A stretch of 64,000 nt of DNA from Methanofastidiosum sp. (lineage in GTDB: Archaea; Methanobacteriota_B; Thermococci; Methanofastidiosales; Methanofastidiosaceae). The stretch covers positions 21,821 to 85,820 of the forward strand of contig JAHKLW010000029.1 of assembly GCA_020854815.1 (NCBI GenBank). The letters run 5' to 3'. A model generated the notes under the pieces. It was not told the DNA's origin and made no database searches. It saw nothing but the letters and a program-made list of their open reading frames with translations. Below, piece after piece: positions 54,460 through 64,000 of the stretch (positions are counted from its first letter, which is position 1; every line of letters begins with the position of its first letter). Both the position numbers and the translations under genes were made by a program.

Positions 54460-54524
54460 GATATCATATTTTTATGATGACAACATGTATTTAAGATTAA
54501 TGAACCACTTATTTGGCAAAATAA

Positions 54525-55067
54525 TTACTCCATAAACTGGTCTAGTGTTTTATCTATACCCCTCTCATCGACTATGTGCTCTATTATTATATCATAGCTA
54601 TTTTCCAAGATTATTTTTTCTAGGTCTTCAGAGATAAATCTCCTGTGACAGTTATTATAGTCTCTCTCGCTGCACATTAGCGCAACGGTCTTGTTTGACA
54701 TCAATATTTCTCTCAGAAGCTGATGCAGTGCATCGATGTACTTTTGAGTTCTGCGATAGTTATCAAAGCCTTCAGGATGAAGACCACCAAGTATATCGCC
54801 CCTGTAGAGATATTCTATATCGTTTCCTTTTAGAAATCTGAAGAGATTTTCTTTGTTGTAGTCAGGGACATATTTGCTCGTTGGATAGGTCCTTATATCT
54901 ATCAAGAGCTCAATATTGAATTTTTTCAAGATGAAAATAAAATCAGAGATCTTTCTATTACTATGGCCTATAGTATAGATAACTAATAGGTCTCTAGCTA
55001 CTTTTCCTCCAAATAGTATCTTTGATCCTCCGATTTCACCCTTCTCTTCAAGTATTTTAATATCCAC
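54525..55067 (-). CDS. DUF488 family protein
   Basis: 'LLVIYTIGHSNRKISDFIFILKKFNIELLIDIRTYPTS' matches the DUF488 N-terminal signature 'TIGHS...LVDVR..P.S'. Confidence 0.55.
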   Translation of the reverse strand: MDIKILEEKGEIGGSKILFGGKVARDLLVIYTIGHSNRKISDFIFILKKFNIELLIDIRTYPTSKYVPDYNKENLFRFLKGNDIEYLYRGDILGGLHPEGFDNYRRTQKYIDALHQLLREILMSNKTVALMCSERDYNNCHRRFISEDLEKIILENSYDIIIEHIVDERGIDKTLDQFME

Positions 55068-55165
55068 GTAATACTATTAAGAATGATTGTATATATTTTT
55101 ATGCATTTTGAAAATATTTATCTGAGTTGCATATGCTTATATATTTAGAATGAAAGTACTCTACG

Positions 55166-55678
55166 ATGAAAACTCTTAATAAGGTTCTGATTATATTTGC
55201 AGTTTTCGGGGTATTGATTAGTGCAGGGTGTCTTGGGTCAACTCAAACTGGGACAACAAAAACTGCAGAGTCATATTACACTGCAGGCGAGCTACTTTTC
55301 AATCAGGCGAGATATAAAGAGGCAATAATAATGTTTGATTCTGCTTTGGAGATTAATCCAAATTTTAAAGAAGCTTGGGCCTACAAAGGCGTGTGCCATG
55401 ACCAACTTGGCGAATACCCTGATGCCATTAAATCCTATGACAAGGCGATTACATTGGATCCAAATGACCCTCTTCCCTGGTACAATAAAGGTGTGATACT
55501 TGGAGGCCAGGGCCACTACCTTGATGCAATCACCTGTTTTGACAAAGTTATCTCCATAGATCCAAAGGATGCAGGGGCATGGTATAACAAAGGTGTTGCA
55601 CTTCAACTTCTTGGTAGACCTTCTGAAGCTCAGGTGTGCTTCAATGAAGCCAAAAGACTAGATCCTTCTCTAACATAA
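55166..55678 (+). CDS. secreted/lipoprotein TPR-repeat protein
   Basis: Signal peptide plus lipobox-like 'LISAGC'. Has 4 TPR units ('AWAYKGVCHDQLGEYPDAIKSYDKAITLDPN'). Confidence 0.7.
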   Translation: MKTLNKVLIIFAVFGVLISAGCLGSTQTGTTKTAESYYTAGELLFNQARYKEAIIMFDSALEINPNFKEAWAYKGVCHDQLGEYPDAIKSYDKAITLDPNDPLPWYNKGVILGGQGHYLDAITCFDKVISIDPKDAGAWYNKGVALQLLGRPSEAQVCFNEAKRLDPSLT

Positions 55679-55763
55679 TTTATTTTTCCATGTTTTACCT
55701 GATTCTTTACATATTCCTAAATATAGGTAAAGCTATCGTTAAATTTACCGGAGATTTGATTAA

Positions 55764-55949
55764 ATGATGGAGAAAGAAAATCCCATATGTAGCTATTGCA
55801 GCTCTAATAAAGTAATCCCGATATTTTACGGATACCCAACTTCTAGAGACTACCAGCAGTATGAGAGGGGCAATCTAAAGTTTGGCGAGAGTATCATTTT
55901 AGGGCCAAAACCTGACTGGTACTGCAAAAAATGTGGCAGAAGCTTCTAA
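55764..55949 (+). CDS. small zinc-ribbon protein
   Basis: 'CSYCSS'...'CKKCGRSF', two CxxC pairs. 61 aa. Confidence 0.4.
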   Translation: MMEKENPICSYCSSNKVIPIFYGYPTSRDYQQYERGNLKFGESIILGPKPDWYCKKCGRSF

Positions 55950-56038
55950 ATCTCTTATCTTTTTTGCATAAATTTTTATAGGGGTAAATTAACTTATAAA
56001 TGGACTAATTTGTATTAGTGTAACTGGAGGTAAAGAAA

Positions 56039-56215
56039 ATGAAGGAAGAAACAGAGTATATGTTGTTAAAGCTTATGACGGAGATCTTAAAGGAAATGAA
56101 GGCGATTAATAAAAACCTTGAGACTATGAATGAAACTATTGAAGATGTTGGATTCATTGATTTCTACGACGATGACGATGACGAAGAAGAGCCAGAAGAT
56201 CTGGAAGAAAATTAA
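56039..56215 (+). CDS. small acidic protein (58 aa), not in ORF track
   Basis: Strong SD 'ctGGAGGTaaagaaaATG'. Encodes 'MKEETEYMLLKLMTEILKEMKAINKNLETMNETIEDVGFIDFYDDDDDEEEPEDLEEN'. Confidence 0.3.
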   Translation: MKEETEYMLLKLMTEILKEMKAINKNLETMNETIEDVGFIDFYDDDDDEEEPEDLEEN

Positions 56216-56709
56216 AAGACATCACAATTTTAATAATAATAGACTCTGCAACAATGATTGGGTGAAAAGAAAAGGCCCGGTTAAAGGGGGTAGTTAAATT
56301 AGAGGATGACTCTATTTTCCGGGCCTGTATTCGTTATATGTAAGATATTTTAATTAGTAATCGTGGCGTATTTGTACTTTCACTATTTCTATCCATAAAA
56401 CTTAATAAAATGACTGCCTTTGGTAGAGTATGGACGAAAGAGAGCTCTTCTATGTAAGGGAAAGGAGAGAGCCAAGGCTAGTCCCAAGAAAGACTAAAGA
56501 AAAGATACTCACCGACCCATTTATTTTGACGTGCCTTATAATTCAGCTTATTATGATTGTAATTGTCCTTATTCTTCATCTTACATAGTTTTTACTGGCG
56601 CTAAAGGTAAAATTATAATTGTTCTGACTTTTTCTTGTTCTTTAGAAAAATTTTAAATAGTAAAAACATCTAATAGATACAGCATAATAGCTTCTAAACG
56701 GAGACTCAA

Positions 56710-57489
56710 ATGACAAAAATATCTGATCCTAAAAAAATCAAGAAGAAATACGAGGTTATATTTTCTCTACTTGATGAACTAAAAATAAAAGAAGCTAAAG
56801 AGAAGATTGACAAACTCTTAATCAGGAATAAAAAGGATTCTTTTCTCCATTGGCTAAAGGGTTATGTTCTTTTGTATGAAGGAACAGATAACTTTGAGGA
56901 TGCGATAGTCTCTTTTAATAAGGCGATAGAAATTGACCCAAACAATACCTTTGCCTGGGAGTTTAAGGCTATAGCTTTGAGATCCCTTGGGAGATATGAA
57001 GAGGCCATAGAGTGCTATGACAAATCGATGGAGTTTGACCCTCTTGACTATGCAGCAATCTATAACAGGGCAGTCCTTTTAGAGAGAATCGGGAAGAATG
57101 AAGAAGCCCTTGACTACTACTCTCTTGCAACTAAGATTGATCCAGAAAATATCCTTGCCTGGGAAAGTAAAGCAAATCTTCTGGAAGATCTGGAAAGATT
57201 TGATGAGGCTGAGGAGTCTAGAGGCAAGATAGAGAAGGACTACACAGCAAGGATCGTTGAGAAGGATCCTGCTACGCCTGAAGAATGGATTCACAAGGGT
57301 GAGACGCTTGAAAAACTTGGGAAATACCTCTGGGCAAATCAGTGCTATGATATGGCCCTAAAAATTGACGAGAATCATCAGAAAGCCCGTGACCTAAAAT
57401 ATATGCTCCTTGAAAAGCACAGGATTGACGCAGGCTCAAGGAAAAGCTATCTCAGATCCATAATTGGTTCAGATAGGTTTGCAGTTTAG
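56710..57489 (+). CDS. TPR-repeat protein
   Basis: About 6 TPR units ('AWEFKAIALRSLGRYEEAIECYDKSMEFDP', 'AWESKANLLEDLERFDEA'). Confidence 0.7.
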   Translation: MTKISDPKKIKKKYEVIFSLLDELKIKEAKEKIDKLLIRNKKDSFLHWLKGYVLLYEGTDNFEDAIVSFNKAIEIDPNNTFAWEFKAIALRSLGRYEEAIECYDKSMEFDPLDYAAIYNRAVLLERIGKNEEALDYYSLATKIDPENILAWESKANLLEDLERFDEAEESRGKIEKDYTARIVEKDPATPEEWIHKGETLEKLGKYLWANQCYDMALKIDENHQKARDLKYMLLEKHRIDAGSRKSYLRSIIGSDRFAV

Positions 57490-57545
57490 TACTTTAAAGA
57501 AAGATTAATTATTATTTTAGATTCTTAAATTGAAAATTTTTATTG

Positions 57546-58016
57546 TTAATATCTCGCTTTAACTTCGTTATATTTTGTATCGACGTTATTCTGGATTTTA
57601 TTTAATAGTTCGTATAACTTTTGGATATCTTGATCGCTAAGCCCATAAAACAGCGAGCTTATGAACGCAACATCATCAGTGGATTTTGACTCCCAGTACT
57701 CTGTATTTTTTTCAGTTAATCTTATCCTCAAGACTCTCTTGTCTTTTTCATCCTTATCAATTGAAATAAATCCCTTCTTTTGAAGTTTCAGTGCTATCTG
57801 CTTCACATTTTGATGTGTTGTGCTTAGTACCTCTGCTACTTCACTCACGGAAGGGGGAAGGGTAAAATATTTTCCGGTGACTGCAATCAGCTGCCACTGC
57901 TTTGTTGTGAGCCCTTCTTTTCGTAGTTCGTTATCACCTAAATATTCTAGCCTATTGCTTAAGAAAAATATTTTACCAAAGATTTCAAATGCTTCAGGTT
58001 TTAGAATTTTTTCCAT
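57546..58016 (-). CDS. MarR-family transcriptional regulator
   Basis: 'LTTKQWQLIAV...PSVSEVAEVLSTTHQNVKQIALKLQKKGFISIDKDEKDKRVLRIRLTEKN' winged HTH. Confidence 0.7.
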   Translation of the reverse strand: MEKILKPEAFEIFGKIFFLSNRLEYLGDNELRKEGLTTKQWQLIAVTGKYFTLPPSVSEVAEVLSTTHQNVKQIALKLQKKGFISIDKDEKDKRVLRIRLTEKNTEYWESKSTDDVAFISSLFYGLSDQDIQKLYELLNKIQNNVDTKYNEVKARY

Positions 58017-58026
58017 TTTAATCTCC

Positions 58027-58473
58027 CTATATCCTGCCTAGAACATATTTAGCAACTACATACGGCCCTACAGTTGTCCAGATAAGCACAAGTGACCAAA
58101 GTCTTCCTTCCAAGAAATTATAATCGTGCAATAGTTTTGCCCAGCTGTGGCCCATGATATAATGTCCAAATATGAATTCAAATATAATTGTTGCAATCAG
58201 GAAAGATATACCTATGACTATTAAATTATTTCCGGTATAGGATGAACCTGTGAACTTAAGCCACAATAACATGACCAAGAAAAACAAAGAGATCCCTGTA
58301 AAGCAGCTTATCTGGTGAGCCGTAAGTTCATTTACTCTTGGCAATATTAAGAATTGTCTTATTGTTCCATTTAATATCGCCACAAAAACAAATAATATCC
58401 ATATTCCAATCGCCTGTAAATATATTTTTTCCATGATTTTCCTCCTAAATAGGTAATACATTACCTTTATCAA
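58027..58473 (-). CDS. 4-TM membrane protein, downstream of the MarR gene
   Basis: Four hydrophobic helices. 10-nt spacing to the MarR gene. Confidence 0.45.
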   Translation of the reverse strand: MIKVMYYLFRRKIMEKIYLQAIGIWILFVFVAILNGTIRQFLILPRVNELTAHQISCFTGISLFFLVMLLWLKFTGSSYTGNNLIVIGISFLIATIIFEFIFGHYIMGHSWAKLLHDYNFLEGRLWSLVLIWTTVGPYVVAKYVLGRI

Positions 58474-58566
58474 GCTGATATATGACCTATTTATAAATCT
58501 TTCTATTAGGTAATATGTTACCTATATTTAGAATGAATTTAGCAAATTTTATTAACTAATAATCCT

Positions 58567-58992
58567 ATGCTACTTTGGAATGGATTTATGAGGAAAAAAG
58601 AAGAAGGCACGTCAACGCTAAAAAGTCAAATACCTAAAGATATTGACGAATATATCCAAATCTTTCCCAAAGAAGTTCAAGAAAGATTAAAGAAGATAAG
58701 AGAAATAATTAAAGAACTGGCACCTAGCGCAGAGGAGACGATAAGCTATGGAATACCAACATTTGTTCTTAAAGGCTATAACTTAGTTCACTTTGCAGCT
58801 TATAAGAATCATATAGGATTTTATCCTACGCCCTCAGGAATTGAAAAATATAAAAGTGAGATCTCAGTTTATGAATGGTCAAAAGGCACAGTAAAATTCC
58901 CTCTCGATAAGCCAGTTCCATTTGATTTAATCAGAGAAATTGTAGCCTTTCGAGTAAGGGAAAATTGCGAAATTGCAAAATCAAAAAAATAG
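58567..58992 (+). CDS. DUF1801 (YdhG-like) domain protein
   Basis: 'IDEYIQIFPKEVQERLKKIREIIKELAPSAEETISYGIPTF' matches the DUF1801 pattern. Confidence 0.55.
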   Translation: MLLWNGFMRKKEEGTSTLKSQIPKDIDEYIQIFPKEVQERLKKIREIIKELAPSAEETISYGIPTFVLKGYNLVHFAAYKNHIGFYPTPSGIEKYKSEISVYEWSKGTVKFPLDKPVPFDLIREIVAFRVRENCEIAKSKK

Positions 58993-59051
58993 TGAATCCT
59001 GAATAGTATAAAATCCAAAAAGAATTTTAACAAAAAAAACAATATTTTTTT

Positions 59052-59681
59052 ATGAAAGATAATGTCTTTGATAGGGCTAGAAACGATCTTTATCTTTTAC
59101 TGAATAGAAACTATCCGAAAACCTATGCCTTAAGGTTTGTAGGTGATCACTATGGCCTTAAAAATGAGGAAAGATATGCTCTGTCTAGAATTGTTTTCTC
59201 CAAGTCTTACATTAAGAAAACCAAAGAGAAAAAGAGGAGTTTAAAGGACATCAAAGGGAAATCTCTATTCATTGACGGCTATAATGTCATAATTACAACT
59301 GAGTCTGTTCTTATGGGCAAGGCCTTTGTTTCTATGGATGGTCTTTTAAGAGACACACGGAATGTTTCTAAAAAACATAAGATAACAAAAGAGACTTTGG
59401 AGTCAATTGATCTTATATTGGGCCTTTTGAAGAAATATCCACCAGAAAATACTCAAGTTTACCTAGACAAGATGATGAGCAAGAGTGGGAAGATTTCTGA
59501 AACTATAAGAGATGGGTTAGAAGAAAGAAATCTAAGAGGAGATTCGGAAACTGTTTCAAGCGTTGATCATATCCTAAAGAATAGTCGGGGTATAGTAGCA
59601 ACAAATGACTCGGCCATAATACTGGAGATAAACGAATTTATTGACCTGCCATCAAAAGTTAAAATTTCCAGGGGAACTTAA
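59052..59681 (+). CDS. hypothetical protein with NYN/YacP-like segment
   Basis: 'KSLFIDGYNVIITTE' resembles the NYN/YacP 'L.VDGYNV' core. The assignment is weak. Confidence 0.35.
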   Translation: MKDNVFDRARNDLYLLLNRNYPKTYALRFVGDHYGLKNEERYALSRIVFSKSYIKKTKEKKRSLKDIKGKSLFIDGYNVIITTESVLMGKAFVSMDGLLRDTRNVSKKHKITKETLESIDLILGLLKKYPPENTQVYLDKMMSKSGKISETIRDGLEERNLRGDSETVSSVDHILKNSRGIVATNDSAIILEINEFIDLPSKVKISRGT

Positions 59682-60072
59682 CGCATCCCTTAAACTCTTC
59701 TAGGGAGTAATCGCCCTTGCCAATTAGGACAAGAGATTTTATTTCAGAAGCGCCTTTTTCTATAAGAATCTTTTTTGCAAATTCTATTGTTTCTCCTGTT
59801 CTCGAGAGATCGTCAACAATGAGTATCCTTTTGCCATAGACATCATGATCAAAGGGGCGCATGAGTTTTGGTTTCTCATGAACTTTTTCAGGTGGCATCC
59901 CCTCGCCATAAAGATTCAACCATAACAAGAAAAGCTCTTTTTCGTAAATAAATGATAAAATTGAGGAAGGGATTATCCCGCCTCTTGCTATTCCAACTAT
60001 TATATCAAAATTAAATGGGATTTTAGTTTCCTTTAAAGAATAAAAAATACTATGGAAAGTATATTCTTCCAC
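59659..60072 (-). CDS. small phosphoribosyltransferase-like protein
   Basis: Type I PRTase PRPP motif 'RILIVDDLSRTGETI'. Only 137 aa. Confidence 0.5.
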   Translation of the reverse strand: MEEYTFHSIFYSLKETKIPFNFDIIVGIARGGIIPSSILSFIYEKELFLLWLNLYGEGMPPEKVHEKPKLMRPFDHDVYGKRILIVDDLSRTGETIEFAKKILIEKGASEIKSLVLIGKGDYSLEEFKGCVKFPWKF

Positions 60073-60075
60073 AGT

Positions 60076-60675
60076 TTATGCAGCCTCTTTTGCTTTTGGC
60101 TGGTCAATGAGCTTTATCTTTGTGACCTCTACCCTCTTTAGTGGGAAGACCTTCCTTGCTTTCTTGTAAATTTCGCTTGACATCTTGCCGCTTGTGACTT
60201 CGTCCAAGAACTGTGCGAAATCGTTGTTTGTGCTAATTGTTGTTAGCTCTTGATTGATTATTTCTCTTATAGCCTTCTTCTGTGAAGTAAGTATCCTTGT
60301 TGTAAGTATTGCTGAAGTGGATGCCCTGAGGGTGTATCCATCCTTTGTCTTTATGTTGAAAATTGAGTCGACTTTTGAGTTTCTTCTTCTTATCTGACTT
60401 CTAAGGTATGATCTTGAAAGTTCCTGTCTAAAGAATTCGGTGTAGGCATTTTCGCCTGTGACCTCTTTAACTCTAAAAATTAGTTTTATGTGACCTTTCT
60501 TCATGTCCCCAGTAATTTCCTTCATATTTGTCTCAATCTTTCTCCCCAAAACCTTCTCGGGTTTATCAGATATCGTCTCACCAATCTCTCTTTTATCAAA
60601 AATATCTGGAGCGTAAATAGTGTACCATGATTTTGCCTTCCATGGATCTTTTCCTGCTACTCTTTTTCTAGCCAA
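60076..60675 (-). CDS. rps3ae: 30S ribosomal protein S3Ae (S1e)
   Basis: 'RKRVAGKDPWKAKSWYTIYAPDIF' is a typical S3Ae N-terminus. 199 aa. Confidence 0.85.
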   Translation of the reverse strand: MARKRVAGKDPWKAKSWYTIYAPDIFDKREIGETISDKPEKVLGRKIETNMKEITGDMKKGHIKLIFRVKEVTGENAYTEFFRQELSRSYLRSQIRRRNSKVDSIFNIKTKDGYTLRASTSAILTTRILTSQKKAIREIINQELTTISTNNDFAQFLDEVTSGKMSSEIYKKARKVFPLKRVEVTKIKLIDQPKAKEAA

Positions 60676-60686
60676 TAAAATTCCTC

Positions 60687-60923
60687 CTATAATACTAATG
60701 TTTTTCTAATTGCCTCAACACATGCGATAACATCATCTACAGTATTTTTAAGAGTCCCTATAGATTCAGACTCAGACTCTACCTCTAAGGTCTCTTTATA
60801 TATTCTAGTAGAGATGGAAGTTCCTTTAAAAGGTTTGTTATCAACGTAAATTCCGTTGTAATAAGCCTGAGCCATCTTTTCGCTGTCTAAAAAAAAAGAA
60901 AGTTTAACTTTAATTCTAGACAC
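60687..60923 (-). CDS. small protein, possibly KEOPS subunit Pcc1-like
   Basis: 78 aa. The pattern 'F.SEK.A.A....I..D...........[29 protein letters not shown]' loosely resembles Pcc1. Confidence 0.35.
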   Translation of the reverse strand: MSRIKVKLSFFLDSEKMAQAYYNGIYVDNKPFKGTSISTRIYKETLEVESESESIGTLKNTVDDVIACVEAIRKTLVL

Positions 60924-62244
60924 CAGCTGCTTCCATTTCTCCGCTCTGGCCCTTAAATGAAAGTACCTTTAGGTTAACTGACTTCTTTGTTATATTCCCA
61001 GTCTTTACGCCTACTAAGAATTTGACACCTTTCTCACCCGCTATATCGACAAGCCTCTGTGTTACGACTCCATCAAAGACTACTGCCTCGTAGTCCTCAG
61101 TGTATCTCATTGCATCAACTAAATCCCTTACTGAAACCTTGTGCTTTACATTGCCATCTGCGTCCAATAGGTATGCGTCTAGTGTTCCTGGCAACTTTTC
61201 AATTATCTCGCCAAATCTGTCTAGGTCGGAGTATGGTTTTTTTGGCTGTACCGGCTCTACTGGCTTTTGTGACTCATGATTTTGATGCTTATGTTGTGGC
61301 TCTTTTTCTTCAGGTTTTGCGTGAGGTTTATGATTCTCTGTTCTTGGTTTATCTAAATTCTCAACAATCCACTGCTCTGCTGGGATCTTATTTCTTAAGG
61401 CCTTAATTATCTCTTTTTTTGTAAGATCTTCTACTTCCTTCCCCATTGGCGCCCTTGCAATGTAGTCTATCTCTGCTATCTGAAAAAGCTCTCTTAGTAT
61501 TAGTTCTCCGCCTCTGTCTCCATCAACAAATGCTGTGACTGTCTTTTCATGAGATATCGCTGATATTGTCTTTGATACGCTTGTCCCTTCAACGGCTAGA
61601 GTGTTCTTAATTCCGTATTTCAATAAATTTAAAACATCAGCCCGTCCTTCGACAACGATGATTGCGTCACTTTCCTCAACGTTAGGCCCTGCTGGGAGCT
61701 GATCTTCTCCATAGGCCTTAATCTCTCCCATCCTCACAGATTCCTTTACCTCGTCTGTAAGCTCAGAGCTTTCAGGTGTTATCTCATCAACCATTGTTGT
61801 TAGTATAATCTTGGCTCTATCAATGACGTAATTTCTTTTTGATTTTCTGACATCTTCTATTGTTGATACATCTATCCTGGCGTTGCACGGACCAACTCTA
61901 TCGATTGTCTCTAAGGAAGCAGCAAGTATTGCAGTCTCAACCTTATCAAGACTTGATGGAACTATTATCTCCCCAGTGCTTTTCCCATTTTTTGAAGTGA
62001 TATTAACTCTAATCCTTCCTATTCTCCCTGTCTTTTGTAACTCCCGTAGATCCAGATCATCGCTTAACAAACCCTCAGTCTGGCCAAATATAGCCCCTAC
62101 AACATCGGGTCTTTCGACGATACCGCTTGCTGTAATTTGTGCTTTGATGATGTATTTAGTTGTACCAACCTCTTCTTTTATATCCTTAAAATAATCCTCA
62201 CTTTTCTTCGATACAATATCCTCAATAAAATCTTTATCACTCAT
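60916..62244 (-). CDS. dnaG: archaeal DnaG-like primase (Toprim domain)
   Basis: N-terminal '[31 protein letters not shown]' is characteristic of archaeal DnaG. Toprim '[11 protein letters not shown]...[11 protein letters not shown]'. Lys/Glu/Pro-rich C-terminal tail. Confidence 0.85.
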   Translation of the reverse strand: MSDKDFIEDIVSKKSEDYFKDIKEEVGTTKYIIKAQITASGIVERPDVVGAIFGQTEGLLSDDLDLRELQKTGRIGRIRVNITSKNGKSTGEIIVPSSLDKVETAILAASLETIDRVGPCNARIDVSTIEDVRKSKRNYVIDRAKIILTTMVDEITPESSELTDEVKESVRMGEIKAYGEDQLPAGPNVEESDAIIVVEGRADVLNLLKYGIKNTLAVEGTSVSKTISAISHEKTVTAFVDGDRGGELILRELFQIAEIDYIARAPMGKEVEDLTKKEIIKALRNKIPAEQWIVENLDKPRTENHKPHAKPEEKEPQHKHQNHESQKPVEPVQPKKPYSDLDRFGEIIEKLPGTLDAYLLDADGNVKHKVSVRDLVDAMRYTEDYEAVVFDGVVTQRLVDIAGEKGVKFLVGVKTGNITKKSVNLKVLSFKGQSGEMEAAGV

Positions 62245-62269
62245 AATTAAATTCCCTCCCTCAAAAGAA

Positions 62270-63280
62270 TTATAGAATGCCCATAGCCTTGTTTGTCATT
62301 TCGATTGACTCATCTCTCTTCTTAAGGTCAAACATGGCTCTTATGGCATCTACATTTTCTGGGACAATGTCTGATTCCTGATGAATAGCCTGGATATAGT
62401 AAAGTGTTCCGTCTTTAATATTAATTGAATCTTTCCAGACATTAATTTCATACATGTCCCCTCTATTTCTACCCAGATTCTTTGCAAATTCCATTATATC
62501 TGCGGTAGAATCAATTCCATCTTCTTTACTTACTAGAATAACTCTCGATCTGTTATTGAATAAGTCTATTACTTCCTCCCTCTTAATGTCTTTCTTTAAA
62601 TCGACCATTATTGTGTGAAGGTGCATCAGTGTTGTTGGCACCTTTACAGCTATGGTTTCAATATCTATCGGAAGAACAGTCTTTAAATCAGGGCCGTGAT
62701 GGGATGGTACCTTAACTTCAGGTACGATAGCATTTATAGGGCCTCTTTTGTTATCTCCTGGATCTGCTGCCCTTCTTATCATTACAGCCTTCACCTTACT
62801 AATGGCGTCGGCCTCGTTTAGGCAGCTTAAGGTCCTTGCAAGTCCAGTTGTATTGCAAGAAACAACCCTTATGTATTTTTGACCTACATTTTTATCAAAA
62901 TTAGCGTGAGCATTAAAAGAGGTACCAATAGAAGCGTCTTCTCCTCCTTGGAAAATGGCATTTAACCCAAGTGATTTATAGAGCTCCATGTTCTTGGCAC
63001 CCTGTTTTCCAGGGGCGCCGTCTATGACTACGTCTACGGAGTCTTTGATATCCTTTAGGTAACCGCTTGTTTCCAATCCCCTCTTCTTGAAGGCATCAAC
63101 ATCGGCCCCCTCAACACAATAAAGGTCAAAGCCCTTCTTTATTGCCTGTTCTGCATCAAAATCGGGCGTTCTCTTTGAGACGCCAATAATCTTCATATCT
63201 TTCTGGAGGGCGACTGCATCTGCTACCCTCTTCCCAACTGTACCGTATCCATTTATGAATACATTGATCATGAAATTCAC
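62270..63280 (-). CDS. gap: glyceraldehyde-3-phosphate dehydrogenase, archaeal type II
   Basis: '[16 protein letters not shown]' and catalytic '[13 protein letters not shown]'. 336 aa. Confidence 0.85.
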   Translation of the reverse strand: MNFMINVFINGYGTVGKRVADAVALQKDMKIIGVSKRTPDFDAEQAIKKGFDLYCVEGADVDAFKKRGLETSGYLKDIKDSVDVVIDGAPGKQGAKNMELYKSLGLNAIFQGGEDASIGTSFNAHANFDKNVGQKYIRVVSCNTTGLARTLSCLNEADAISKVKAVMIRRAADPGDNKRGPINAIVPEVKVPSHHGPDLKTVLPIDIETIAVKVPTTLMHLHTIMVDLKKDIKREEVIDLFNNRSRVILVSKEDGIDSTADIMEFAKNLGRNRGDMYEINVWKDSINIKDGTLYYIQAIHQESDIVPENVDAIRAMFDLKKRDESIEMTNKAMGIL

Positions 63281-63428
63281 CTTTGTTAGAAGTTATTGAT
63301 AAGTAAATTAATTTCACCTTAAAGATATTTGAAAGTGGACGTTTATAAGCGTTTGCTATACAATTTTTGGCAAAAAAGTTCTATATCAATAACAAATTTT
63401 ATATAAACTATACTTCATTGCAAAGTTT

Positions 63429-64000
63429 ATGAAAAGTATAATGGTCTATGGTACAGTTCAGGCTGTAGGTTTTAGGCCGTTCGTTTATAGGATTGCCATT
63501 GAAAACCGAGTCAGTGGCTATGTAAGAAACAGGGGCGAGTATGTGGAGGTTGTAATTGATGGCTCGGTAGAACAGATAAATAATTTTATCAACGACCTTA
63601 ATCAAAAAAAACCTCCTTTGGCTAAAATTGATAGGCTTGACATATCTGACAAATCCTCTGATGAAAACTTTAAACCTAGCCTCTTTTATATTAAGGAGAG
63701 TAAAAGCGGGAGCTCTGGCTCAGCTTCTATGATACCTCCCGATATATGCTTGTGCAAAGACTGTGAGAGGGAGCTTTTCCAGAGGGCAGACAGAAGGTTT
63801 CTTTACCCATTTATTAACTGCACAAACTGCGGCCCAAGATTTACCATAATCAAAAAGACCCCATATGATAGAGAAATGACCACTATGGGTAAATTTAAGC
63901 TATGCCCTGACTGTCTTAGGGAATATAAGGATGTTCTTGATAGGCGTTATCATGCGGAGCCTGTGGCGTGTCCTGCATGCGGCCCCCATTACTCGCTATT
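63429..64000 (+). CDS. hypF: [NiFe]-hydrogenase maturation carbamoyltransferase HypF, N-terminal part (continues beyond window)
   Basis: Not in the ORF track because it has no stop inside the window. Acylphosphatase-like 'VYGTVQAVGFRPFVYRIA' and Zn-finger motifs 'CLCKDCERE', 'NCTNCGPRF', 'CPDCLREY' and 'CPACGPHY'. Confidence 0.85.
   Translation, partial: MKSIMVYGTVQAVGFRPFVYRIAIENRVSGYVRNRGEYVEVVIDGSVEQINNFINDLNQKKPPLAKIDRLDISDKSSDENFKPSLFYIKESKSGSSGSASMIPPDICLCKDCERELFQRADRRFLYPFINCTNCGPRFTIIKKTPYDREMTTMGKFKLCPDCLREYKDVLDRRYHAEPVACPACGPHYSL

Noticed and set aside
63408-63605. 65-aa minus-strand ORF
   Set aside because: It lies antisense to the clearly identifiable hypF N-terminus (acylphosphatase and Zn-finger motifs) on the plus strand.
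1-64000. tRNA, rRNA and SRP/RNase P RNA genes
   Set aside because: No cloverleaf-compatible sequence (conserved GTTC/TPsiC and D-loop elements) and no rRNA-like conserved block was recognised by eye in any intergenic region. This cannot be excluded without a covariance-model scan.

Overview
This is a low-GC archaeal chromosomal segment; the genes show archaeal DnaG primase, type II GAPDH, ribosomal protein S3Ae, Shine-Dalgarno 'GGTGA' sites and a partial HypF hydrogenase-maturation gene. It is a mosaic of core operons and two long accessory stretches.

Core genes: at 0.1-8.4 kb a minus-strand run encodes a four-subunit 2-oxoacid:ferredoxin oxidoreductase (delta-alpha-beta-gamma order) followed by an early mevalonate-pathway operon (HMG-CoA synthase, archaeal thiolase, DUF35 scaffold protein, HMG-CoA reductase). 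metG lies at 28.0-30.1 kb, and rps3ae, dnaG, gap and a partial hypF close the window at 60-64 kb.

Accessory stretch 1 (8.4-27.9 kb):
- a divergent pair of a HerA/FtsK-like ATPase and a short, catalytic-domain-only archaeosine-type transglycosylase (TGT);
- a histidine-kinase gene remnant just downstream of the TGT;
- a secretome island of at least 8 signal-peptide proteins (parallel beta-helix, SBBP and PQQ beta-propellers, small proteins) that share a C-terminal motif '..P-I-x-x-I-L-K-I-L-x-x-N/G-x-K-E';
- a COG1373 ATPase cassette flanked by 26-bp direct repeats;
- an AbrB/RelE toxin-antitoxin (TA) pair;
- a Roadblock/V4R pair;
- an insertion-sequence (IS) transposase remnant.

Accessory stretch 2 (30.2-59.7 kb):
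- a defence-type island: a 1218-aa N6-adenine methyltransferase of the Eco57I/PglX/DrmMI type, translationally coupled to a 1057-aa helicase with an N-terminal phospholipase-D nuclease fused to an SNF2 helicase;
- a convergent operon of a small P-loop ATPase, a MORC-like GHKL ATPase and small partner proteins;
- two HicAB TA pairs, a VapBC-like (DUF104/PIN) TA pair and a Fic protein;
- a UvrD-type helicase fused to a Cas4-like Fe-S nuclease, followed by a DnaQ-type exonuclease;
- a ~110-130 bp intergenic element present in 4 copies directly upstream of plus-strand genes.

No rRNA, tRNA or CRISPR array was recognised. Several homopolymer-associated frameshifts were seen in secreted-protein genes.
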